The position numbers were made by a program, and so were the translations under genes. This document shows, piece after piece, positions 12,343-25,000 of a stretch of 64,000 nucleotides of DNA. The number at the start of each line of letters is the position of its first letter. Positions within the stretch are counted from its first letter, which is position 1. The DNA comes from Eledone cirrhosa (taxonomy: Eukaryota), in the NCBI GenBank assembly GCA_964016885.1, contig OZ024740.1, positions 17,484,001 to 17,548,000 of the forward strand. Reading direction: 5' to 3'. A model generated the notes under the pieces. That model saw only the letters and a program-made list of their open reading frames with translations. It was not told where the DNA came from and searched no databases.

Positions 12343-15300
12343 CATATATATACATATTTACAAATATAAATGAGAAAGATGTATTGTCTACAGTCTACTG
12401 CCAAAAATGTTCTCAACTGTTAATGCTCAAAGGTCAGGTAAGAATTTGCATTGTCTTTGAATTGTCTTGGAAGAGGGCTGTTTGCATGTGGGCTGGTGAG
12501 TGGGCTAAAATACTCAAATTCTTTTGTCCCCCTCCCCACTCCCAAACTATTTTGTTTTGTTTTTTCACACACTGACGTCAACACCACTGCCATGTTACTA
12601 GAAACCATATACAGATAACTGAACTTCCTAATGTACACATTTTATATAACAGTTAATGGCCTGCTGTTTGTCAGTAATAACTGTTCGTTAACAATTACTA
12701 TCATGTTTATTTTCATATTTAATGAACATTATGTAAGATTAAGACAAATGGTTAATGAGTTCCTGTACAGGTTTATAATCTTTGTTAAAATGTAGTTCAT
12801 TTCACATATTACAAGATTGATATAGTTTTGTTCATTAACAAACTAACACAGAGAGGATTCTGGCCGGTTTAAATGTTAAATGGTTAGCACGTTCATTAAC
12901 ATGTAGTAACAGTGAACTATGTTTGTTACATAATACTGACATAGTAGTTAATGAAAAGGTCATTACCAACTTTATGTAGGTAACATAAGATTGGCAACTG
13001 TCTATATTGGTATCATCTAGATACCATGTTCATTGCAGTACAGTGAGGTGAACATATTGTCATGGGATGACAATATGTTCACCCCAAGTCTGGGACACAA
13101 CACCTGCTTTGTTTTTTATTTTTTTATATTTAAATTTAAATGTCATTACTTTACTAATTTAATTAAGAAAAACAAATAACTAATGTAAAGATTCATCCTA
13201 TTTTATATGTTAACTTTTCCTATAAAGTGTTGTAGTTTGCTTGAAGCATTGTGGAGTATGAGATACAACTATAACTAGGAAATAAGTTTGGTTGTATAGA
13301 GAACCCTGAGAAATGTTGTGGGTGGCTGTTCAAGTTCTGCCAGGATCAATTTTACAATCCATTCTTCTCTGATTATTAACTTTTCCATGACCACATCTTT
13401 AATGAAATACTCTCCATTTTGATTAATGAAGAATTTTGAGGTATTTATTAAAATGATTAATTACTTCATTACTAAGATAGTAACTTAATGTAAGGTAAGC
13501 ATCAGTGGTTCAGTGGTAGAATGCTCACCTGAGACGTGATCGACCCTGCCTCGTTTCCTGGCCAATGCACATAAACATATATAATGGAGGTGCCTCAGCA
13601 TGGCCTCAACCTGTCGGTTGGAACACGTGATAGAGTAACAGAGTAATATAAAATTATATTGGAAGATTTTGATTTAAATTGGAAACCTTTAAAATTGGTG
13701 ATTTTATGTCATAGAACCAGAGCTAGTTTTGGTCGCGTTTGTAACTAAAGGGTTAAAATAACATACCAGTTATGAACCGAGGTCTGATTTTTAATAAAGT
13801 GTTCCCTACCTCAAATATTCTGATTTTGTGCTAGTATTAAAACTCACAGAGTTGGTAGACCAACAACAGACAAATCCATTTTATGTGGGGTTTAGTTATA
13901 TCTCTGTTTTGTGTTTAAATCTCACAGGAACTGTAGCCTTTTTTCATCCTCCAAGGTTGATAATGATAAAATTAGTGCCAGTTAATCTTATTACCATATT
14001 TCCACAGTCTGCTATTGGAAATAATCAAGAATTTGGAGGGATTTAATAATATAATTAACCCTTTAGTATTTACATTACTCGGTATTTACTATTGTATTTT
14101 CACAGTAAAGGTTTTACCTCACAATATCGAATCAATGAGATTTTGATATTATTTATTTTGAGAACTTAACATCAGTATGGGCAGCCGGTTACAGCCAGTT
14201 TGCACAGAAAGAGGTGAGGGAATTCTGGCTGGATACGACTGGTTTAAATGCTAAAGGGTTAATGTTCTCATTAATACAGTGGATTGGCAGTGTCAGTTGA
14301 GCATTGGATAAAATGCTTTGTGGCATTTAGTTATGTCTTTCTACGTTCTGAGTTCAAATCCTGCCGAGGTCAACTTTGCCTTTCATCCTTTTGAGGTGAG
14401 GTACCTAAAATAAAGTACCAGTGAAGCACTGTGGTCAACTTAAACCCAAAATTGCTGACCTTGTGCCTAAACTAGAAATAATTATGTTGTAAGATATTTT
14501 AGATAAACAAACACTTCCAATTTCAAATAGTCATGTGTTGTGGAACAAGGGTCAGTTTGTTTGGATTCATTGTCCCTTCCAAGATTTATACATTTCTATC
14601 TATGCAAGTAATCATCATTAGTATTTTTCTTATATCAAGGTGGTGGATTGACAAAATGCCTTGTGGTATTTGTTCTGGCTTTTTTTTTTTTTGGTAAGTT
14701 TTGAAGGAAGGGCAGAGTGCACCCTAAGGCCAGAAATATTGATGCCAAGGACTCCGTTTAAACTGCTGCTGGTCTTCACATGTCCCCTGAGACAGCACAT
14801 CTAGGGGTCAGCTGGAAGAGAGTGACTGACTTTTGGCCAAATAGCCAAGTGACTTTTTTTGGATGTGGTTTGAGAAACAACACTACCATCCCAAATATGG
14901 GAGCAGGGCTCACCTGAACTTGTTAAGGTGTTGAAGTATTTTCTGATCCTAAAGAGAAGGGCCAGTCATTTGGGATGTAGTCCTGGCTATTGACATTTTA
15001 CATACTGAATTTAAATTCTTATGGGTTTGATTTAATCAACTTTTTCTACCCCACCAAAATATTGGCCTTGTGCTTAAATTAGAAACCATTATTATTACTA
15101 GGGCAGTGGATTGGCAGTATCGGTAGAGCGTCGGACACCATGCTTTGCAGCATAGAGTTATGGCCCTTTATGATCTGAGTCCAAATCCTGCTGAGGGTAA
15201 CTTTGCCTTTCATCCTGACGGGATCGATAAAATAAAGTACCAGTCACGCACTGGGGTCGATTTAATCGACTTTGCCCTCCCCCAAAATTGCTGGCCTTGT

Positions 15301-18300
15301 GCCTAACGTAGAAACATTATTATTATTTATTTGATTTTATTACTGTTTTTACATCTATTATAATTCTTGCAAGAGTACTATAGGGAATGTGTTGCTATTG
15401 CTAACTGAAACATTTGTATAATGAGGAGGCAATGTTTGTATTGTCAAGACTATTTCTGCTCATGACAGTCAATATTAACCCCTGCTTAACCTGACACAGT
15501 CTATATTAATCTCTAGTTAACCTGACACAGTCTATATTAACCTCTAGTTAACCTGACACAGTCTATATTAACCTCTAGTTAACCTGACACAGTCTATATT
15601 AACCCCTGCTTAACCTGACATAGTCAATATTAACCACTAGTTAACCTGGCACAGACTATATTAACCTCTAGTTAACCTGACACAGTCTATATTAACCTCT
15701 AGTTAACCTGACACAGTCTATATTAACCTCTGGTTAACCTGACACAGTCTATATTAACCTCTGGTTAACCTGACACAGTCTATATTAACCACTAGTTAAC
15801 CTGACACAGTCTATATTAACCTCTAGTTAACCTGACACAGTCTATATTAACCTCTGGTTAACCTGACACAGTCTATATTAACCTCTGGTTAACCTGACAC
15901 AGTCTATATTAACCAATAGTTAACCTGACACAGTCTATATTAACCTCTATTTAACCTGACACAGTCTATATTAACCTCTATTTAACCTGACACAGTCTAT
16001 ATTAACCTCTAGTTAACCTGACACAGTCTATATTAACCTCTAGTTAACCTGACACAGTCTATATTAATCTCTAGTTAACCTGACACAGTCTATATTAACC
16101 TCTAGTTAACCTGACACAGTCTATATTAACTTCTAGTTAACCTGACACAGACTATATTAACCACTAGTTAACCTGACACAGACTATATTAACCACTAGTT
16201 AACCTGACACAGTCTATATTAACCTCTAGTTAACCTGACAGTCTATATTAACTTCTAGTTAACCTGACACAGACTATATTAACCTCTAGTTAACCTGACA
16301 CAGTCTATATTAATCTCTAGTTAACCTGACACAGTCTATATTAATCTCTAGTTAACCTGACACAGTCTATATTAACCTCTAGTTAACCTGACAGACTATA
16401 TTAATCTCTAGTTAACCTGACAGTCTATATTAACCTCTAGTTAACCTGACACAGACTATATTAACCTCTAGTTAACCTGACACAGTCTATATTAATCTCT
16501 AGTTAACCTGACACAGTCTATATTAACCTCTAGTTAACCTGACACAGTCTATATTAATCTCTAGTTAACCTGACACAGACTATATTAATCTCTAGTTAAC
16601 CTGACAGACTATATTAACCTCTAGTTAACCTGACACAGTCTATATTAACCACTAGTTAACCTGACACAGTCTATATTAACCACTAGTTAACCTGACACAG
16701 TCTATATTAACCACTAGTTAACCTGACACAGTCTATATTAACCACTAGTTAACCTGACACAGACTATATTAACCACTAGTTAACCTGACACAGTCTATAT
16801 TAACCTCTAGTTAACCTGACACAGACTATATTAATCTCTAGTTAACCTGACAGACTATATTAATCTCTAGTTAACCTGACACAGACTATATTAATCTCTA
16901 GTTAACCTGACAGACTATATTAATCTCTAGTTAACCTGACACAGACTATATTAACCTCTAGTTAACCTGACACAGTCTATATTAACCTCTAGTTAACCTG
17001 ACACAGTCTATATTAACCACTAGTTAACCTGACACAGTCTATATTAACCACTAGTTAACCTGACACAGTCTATATTAACCACTAGTTAACCTGACACAGT
17101 CTATATTAACCACTAGTTAACCTGACACAGTCTATATTAACCACTAGTTAACCTGACACAGTCTATATTAACCACTAGTTAACCTGACAAGACTATATTA
17201 ACCACTAGTTAACCTGACACAGTCTATATTAACCTCTAGTTAACCTGACACAGACTATATTAATCTCTAGTTAACCTGACAGACTATATTAATCTCTAGT
17301 TAACCTGACACAGTCTATATTAACCTCTAGTTAACCTGACACAGTCTATATTAACCACTAGTTAACCTGACACAGTCTATATTAATCTCTAGTTAACCTG
17401 ACACAGTCTATATTAACCACTAGTTAACCTGACACAGACTATATTAACCACTAGTTAACCTGACACAGTCTATATTAACCTCTAGTTAACCTGACACAGA
17501 CTATATTAATCTTTAGTTAACCTGACAGACTATATTAATCTCTAGTTAACCTGACACAGACTATATTAACCTCTAGTTAACCTGACACAGTCTATATTAA
17601 CCTCTAGTTAACCTGACACAGTCTATATTAACCTCTAGTTAACCTGACACAGACTATATTAACCACTAGTTAACCTGACACAGTCTATATTAACCTCTAG
17701 TTAACCTGACACAGACTATATTAATCTCTAGTTAACCTGACACAGTCTATATTAATCTCTAGTTAACCTGACACAGTCTATATTAACCTCTAGTTAACCT
17801 GACACAGTCTATATTAACCTCTAGTTAACCTGACAGTCTATATTAACCTCTAGTTAACCTGACACAGTCTATATTAACCTCTAGTTAACCTGACACAGTC
17901 TATATTAATCTCTAGTTAACCTGACACAGTCTATATTAACCTCTAGTTAACCTGACACAGTCTATATTAACCTCTAGTTAACCTGACACAGTCTATATTA
18001 ATCTCTAGTTAACCTGACACAGTCTATATTAACCACTAGTTAACCTGACACAGACTATATTAACCACTAGTTAACCTGACACAGTCTATATTAACCTCTA
18101 GTTAACCTGACACAGACTATATTAATCTCTAGTTAACCTGACAGACTATATTAATCTCTAGTTAACCTGACACAGTCTATATTAACCTCTGCTCATCTGT
18201 GATGCCTGAAAGTGTGCAGCCGAGTGGTTAGGGTGTTAGGCGCATGATCATAAAGTCAGTGATTCAATTCCTGGGGTAAGCATTATATCCACTCATCTGA

Positions 18301-18981
18301 AAAGCTGAGGGTTAACTCTATGATGGACAAATAGGCCAATGAGTCTCTAGGTTATCAATTTCTTTATGGTCAAAAGTCTTCTTCCTGTAACCATCCCACC
18401 TTTCATTGAGACATATTCTTACTATTACATTAACCAATGTGTATTTCTCATATTTATGACAACATACATTTTAGAGTAAACATTTGACTGCTCTATCTAG
18501 CAAGTTCAATAACTATATAAAGGTTATGTTCACTCTAGAGGTTTTTTTTTTTTTTATATATATCAAGAACTATTTTTCAAAATACTGAAATATATTCTAG
18601 GAATTATACAGTGAAATGGAATGTTTAATAAAATGTACAGAAAAAGGAAAGTAATATTGGAAAGAACTATAAAGGCCATAAATGAGAGGGGAGAGGAGAC
18701 AGACTCTTAACTACATAAAAATAATTTAATATTTAGTCAAACATAGAAAAAGAAAGTAAGCTCTGAAAACTATATTGTCTGTGACTTCTTTTTAGTGTGA
18801 TGTGGCTGCTATTTTTAGCAGGTCAGGTGATCATTTAATCCCACTTCCTTAGTTTTAGATTTCAATTTGATCAAATGTTCCACTTGGCTGCTCACACTGT
18901 GTGTACTTGTTAACCTTCTCTACTATGAATTACCTGCAGAGTTATGATGATACCTTTGCCTATATTGGCTTAGTAGTATTG

Positions 18982-19013
<32 letters not shown>

Positions 19014-22000
19014 GGTCATGGTAGTAATAGTAGCAGTCAATTGTGGTGGTGGTGTCATGGCGGTAGTAGAAATGTTGAACTAGTGACTGACCAGCAATGT
19101 TGGTCAATAGCAACCCTAGCAGAGCACCACAATCTAAACTATTCTACCTCACATGAATTCAAACAACATATCTGTCTTAACATTTGATAATTAAATAGGT
19201 TCTTTTTGTTTCACAAGAATTTACTTGTTCACTTATCACCTTTACAACCACCCTTTGCCCTTCACAGATTAAGAAAACTAATAAAATAACCCAGTTGTGA
19301 GCTTCACTGCTGGACTACCACACTAGAAGGTTATGTCTCCTTCCCTGTTTCTTCCATGTTACTCAGAGACACCATCTGCATGAAAAATACAGGATGAAGT
19401 TTGAATTTGACTTATGTGTCTATCTGTCTGTGCTTATATCTACACCACTTAACAGCTGGTCTTGTTTAGGTCTCGTAATTTAGTGGTTTTATAAGATAAG
19501 TGTAAGTGCCAGACTTGAAAAATCTATATGATCACTTAAAACTTTTGATAGTGGTGTCTAAGTATGGCTACAGTCCTCAAACACTCCAGTGGGTCCTGTC
19601 AGAAGCAACCATCTCCAATTGATCCGGCTGGATCTTCAAGCAAGACCAGCCAAGCTCATGGATGTTATCCCAGCATTTTGCTCTGGGTCTCCTGCCAGTT
19701 GGTTTTGCCCATAAAATCTGTCCAGTTATTCTTTCCTGAGGCATTCTCACCACATGTCCATAGTATCGAATCTGTGATCTCTCAATTTGGAGAAGTAGTG
19801 GCTCTACCTAGAATAACACTCTGATCTCTGAGCTACAAAGACCCTTCAGAGGAACCACATTACGGCCACTTGTATTAGCGATCGTATTATTTTGGTCATT
19901 ACCTAATATTCATGATTATAATGAGTTTGGCTTTTACACCATCCTCCCTTCTGATTACTAAATGCTGAAGCTGGCACATTACTGCACCAGCTCCTGCAAT
20001 TCTTGTACATAATACAGCCTCCTGCCTTCACTATTTCCCCATCTCTATATTCAGAACTATATTATCAATTGTTATGTAGCTCCAGGACAATCCTTTGTCA
20101 TTCTGTCAGAGATTTTGCTGCTATTTCTAGCAACCTTGTGACTCTTGTTTGGTTGAAGACTTTCTAAACACATGGGTTCATGTTATTTTCGAGTCCTGAT
20201 AATGATTATAACAAGCAATCATCAGTGATGGGTTGCTGCACTATATTGTTTGATAAAGCATTATTAGAGCCATAATACTGGGTAAAGTAAGGAGTAGCTT
20301 TGTGTCTTGATAGAAGTAAATTTAGAGACAACTGCAACTGCTGCACAGGATCAACCGTAAAGCTGTACAGTGACAATTGCATAGCTACACAACCAACTGC
20401 AGGCATGCTGCTGCACACTGACAATTACATAACATGGCTACACACAGACAAACTAGTTGTGCTGTTGCACAATGACAATTGCATGACTCCACAATAACAA
20501 TTACATGTTTACACATTGATAACTGCAGGTATTGTGTTGCACACTGACAATTGCATAACATGGCTATACACAAACTACAGATATTGGTTGCACAATGGTA
20601 ATTGCATGACCACACTGACCGCATGTGTTCTGTTGCACAAATTACATTACATGGCTATACACAAACTGTAGATGTTGGTTGCACAATGACAATTGCATGA
20701 CACCACACTGATAACTGCAGGTGTTGTTGCACAGTGACAGCTGTAACTACTGCACACGCAGATTTTTATGTTGAGGTGATTATTGTGCTGAAAGTCTTTG
20801 ACTTAATGTGTTGCAGATGGTACGCACTTAATATTTGATAATCTGTTGAATCTGTTAGATCCTATTGGGGTGGTGTAGGGTAAGATCCTACTGGGGTGGT
20901 GTGTGGTTAGATATACAACCTATTTAATCATAGGGCCAACACTAGTCTTTTTCTGTATTGGTATAACCATCTGACCAATTGATCTGTTAGATGTAGCAGT
21001 TAAATTCCAGTCAAATCGTACTTCACATTCTTAAAAAAAAATTGGGACACATTGGATGTCTTTTGGGGCTTCATGCACAAAAGAAATGGGATGGTCACAG
21101 CTGGAATGTCTTTTGTCATAGGTCATTTTGATCTAGGTGGACTTGTGGTTAAACAATGACAATCATTTACACGCCTACACACAAACATAATACTTTCACT
21201 TACGTTGCTATCATGTTCTATCCTGCCATGACTCACTCTACCAGCCTATCACCTTCTCCCCCTTTTTACTCATTTTTGCTCATGGCCACCCCACCCCCTT
21301 TAGATTACCCTCTTTAAGACACCTTTGCTTTGAAAGTGCAGAAAGGACAGGTTTGCCATGTTGGGAGAGGCAGGGCTCTGTATTAATGCCACAATAGAAT
21401 GTGCTCCATGTGGCATAGAATAGAGTTCTATTGTTTTTGACAGTACCACAGAGCTGTTTAGCACTGGTGCTACAAGAATATGAAGCTAGTATATTGTTAT
21501 TTGTTTGGTGTTAGCATGGGTTTCTAGCTGTTGAACCCAAGCCAAAAATAGAATATATGAACCAAGTGTGGTTCTTTGACACATCTTGGAGGGCAATAAA
21601 TCCAAATGGGAACCAGATTGAATTATAACAACCTGCCCATCCCATGCCAGAATGGGTTTGACATAAAATGATAATAACAGTATGTGTATATGTCACAGAT
21701 TATAGTTAATATTACCTGTAAATACCTATATAACTAATTTAGTTTGTGGTTATTATTTATAGTAATTTTAGTTACTTTGAGTGATTGGTTTGTTTTAAGT
21801 TGTGTATAAATCCCCTCATTATCCCACTGCCACCACAGTATATACTCACAGTTAGTGTTCTGTTCAGAGTCCAACCATTGAAGGCAGCTTCCTGTTAAGA
21901 GTTCAATTTCTATCAGTCACACACAGTATATATACATATATGTCTCTCTCTATATATATACATGTGGCCTAGTGGTAAGGGTGTTGGACTTACGATCATA

Positions 22001-25000
22001 ATGTCATGGGTTCGATTCCTCGACTGGTTGCGTATTGTTCTTGACCAAAACACTTCAATTTATGAAACTCCAGTTGAAATCAAAACCAGCAACATCTGAG
22101 GATACTTGTACTCTGTCGCTTCATGCCATGAAACAAGGATTTAGACTTAGATATGTGTTAGGGTATTAGGTTAAACATACTCCTATATATACAGCTCCTA
22201 TGACTGTTATAGGGGTCTCTCCTATATATACAGCTCCTATGACTGTATCGGGGGTCTCTCCTATATATACAGCTCCTATTACTGTATCAGGGGGTCTCTC
22301 CTATATATACAGCTCCTATGACTGTTATAGGGGTCTCGCCTATATATACAGCTCCTATGACTGTATCAGGGGGTCTCTCATATATATACAGCTCCTATGA
22401 CTATCAGGAGGGTCTCTCCTAAAATAAATCACCTCTTATATACCCTATATATACTCAAATATAAACCATACGCCCCTGTTTTATGTCAGAGAAAAGAGCA
22501 AAATTCCAAACCCCATAAGTCGAGACGGCTAATCAACACATTGTTTAGATGGTATATATAACCTCCTCCCATCCCAATTTTACCATTGATTTTTTTTTTT
22601 TAGGGCACATATTCCTTGGTTTATATTCAAGTATATACAGTGTGTAAAACACTAATATATAACTATCATATATTTATGTGTGTGTTTGTCTAGATGACTA
22701 CAGTTGGTTGTGTGGCTGACATCTGATAAAAGAAATCACCCTCAATAGTATGAAAATAGAGTTAAACATTTATTATTCATGGAATCAACTAAACTGTAAT
22801 CTTATTTATTTCATTTAGACTGTCAATAAATCAAAATCTTCAGTTTTCCTTTATAAAAAAGCCACTTGTATATATATATATATAGGAAAATGTTAGACCC
22901 CGTTTCGATGGCTATTTCTGGACTCCAGAAATAGTCGTAGAAACGGCTTGAGTTCTGCCGTCGGGGTCTAACATTTTCCTATTACCCACTCTACTACCAT
23001 AAGTATTGAGTACTCTGGTGCGTTATGGTCCATCTGGTTCCTTACCACACCTCCTTCGTTATATATATACATATATATATATTTTATGAACTGATTTGAT
23101 TTTTGATATTGGTTGATATTGGATGTATTGATTTTATTGATAACCTTAATTAATTTGTTCAATTATTGCCATTAAGCTACTATATCTGAATTTCAGTTAG
23201 CATTGGGTAAGATATGTTTCTTTTATTTGCCACCAGGGCATCAAAAGTGGGACAAGTACAAAGGGGGGAGTTTACACAAAAAGGCGTCCTCAATAAGGAG
23301 GAGGCAATAACAAAATATAAAAATAAAATAAAATAAAATATAACAAAAAATAAAATTTGTAACAAAATCCTCAATAGAGAGGAGGCGCCTTGGGGGGTCG
23401 CACACACCCCCGAAAAAAGTGTGCAACCCTTTTCCTCAGGAGCACAGAGAGGGGGTGCTCCCTCGTTCCTTCCTCTTCTCCACCTACAGGCTTATGTAAA
23501 GAGAAGGCCCATTCACACGGGCCATTCTCGCCACTTTCACCCACCTTTCATAAAAACGACTGGGGTGGAGCACCTCTCTCTCCATCCTGATCCTTCTTCC
23601 GAAATGATATCGGAAGAAACGGACCAGTTGTTGGCCAGAGAGAAAGGTGTCTGACCTCAGTCCTTTCAGACGCGTCCACCATACAACCTCTTTCGCCATG
23701 GCTATTACGCACAGAAACACCGCCTCTGCTTCATCTTTGAAGGGGGGAGGCGGCTTGATCATTACAATAGACTCGGTGGTCAACCGGATCGGCCCCACCC
23801 TTGACAGCAGTTGTTCGACATAGCCCCACAGATCGGCTACGCCCGAGCAGTGTACCAATGCGTGTGCAACGGTTTCCTCGTCGCACACGCATCTGGGACA
23901 TCTTTTTGGCGGGGTCCCTACCCGGGCGCCCGTGTCTGTAGAGCCTTTCTCGAACGGGTAAAGCCCCTCGGTAGCACTGCCAGGCCAGGGACTTCTGGAA
24001 GTTGTCCATAGGTCCCGGGCTGAATGTCCTACCGAACAGGCTGGCCAGTTCGTCCTCCTCCATGTCTAGGGCTTCTCCGAGGGCGTCGTCGCACCTGCTG
24101 CGTACCAGCCCTCTATAGAATGTTGCGGTGGAGTCTCCACTGATAACCAGATCCGCCTGCCAGAGGGCGGTGAGCGCCTGGGCACACTCGGTGTGCCAGG
24201 CGCCCAGTTTTCTCGGTCTTTGCTTGACCCAGGATTGCAGCTCGGTGAGTGAGACGAGTCTGGGAAAGGTTCGTCTCACAAACGAGGCCCACACCGGTTG
24301 ACAGGTGAGGAATACGTAGAGGTGCCGTAGCCTTAATGCGTGTTTACGCATCATTAGCCACGGCATCCCCAGCCCTCCTTTCGAAGGGTGTTGACAGCAG
24401 ATGGATCTCCTCACCATAGGAGCCCGCCTCTTCCAAAGGAATTGGAAGAGTGCTCGCTCCATCTTGGTGAGGGTTTCCCTTGGGCAGGGCACTACGGTCA
24501 GGCGGTAGTAGATGACGGACGCTATGTAGGTGTTCGCCACCTCCGCCCGACCTTTCAGGGATAGTTTGCAACTGGCCCACTTCTGGGTCAGTGCAAACAC
24601 CCTGTTCGTAACCTCCGCCCAGTTTTTCTACACCTGGAGGTCCGGTCCGAACCAGACCCCGAGCAACTTCACCGGGCCCTCCGTCCAGCGTCCGACGACG
24701 CCATCGGAGGGCATCGGTCTGCCCCTCCACGTGCCGAGTTGCAAACCGATCGACTTGTCCCGGTTCAGCTTAGCCCCTGTGAACCTTTCGTACTCCTCCA
24801 GTAAGGTGCCGACCGCCTCGATTTCGGAGGCCGTCGACACCATTACTGTCACGTCATCGGCGTGGGCCGACACCGCTTTCCGCAATCCCGGTTCCAAAGG
24901 GATGCCCTGCAACAACTCCAACTTCCGCAGTAGTGGCTCGAGAGTCAACACATACAGAAGGGAGGAGAGAGGGCACCCTTGTCGGATGGACCGCGCGATT

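Noticed and set aside
13499-13569. Functional tRNA gene (anticodon gag)
   Set aside because: Gly-type body with broken anticodon stem and T-loop/B-box; pseudogene
15464-18187. CRISPR-like array (also 27097..27600, 39730..40768, 60703..60944)
   Set aside because: Units are contiguous with no unique spacers, no cas genes, eukaryotic context
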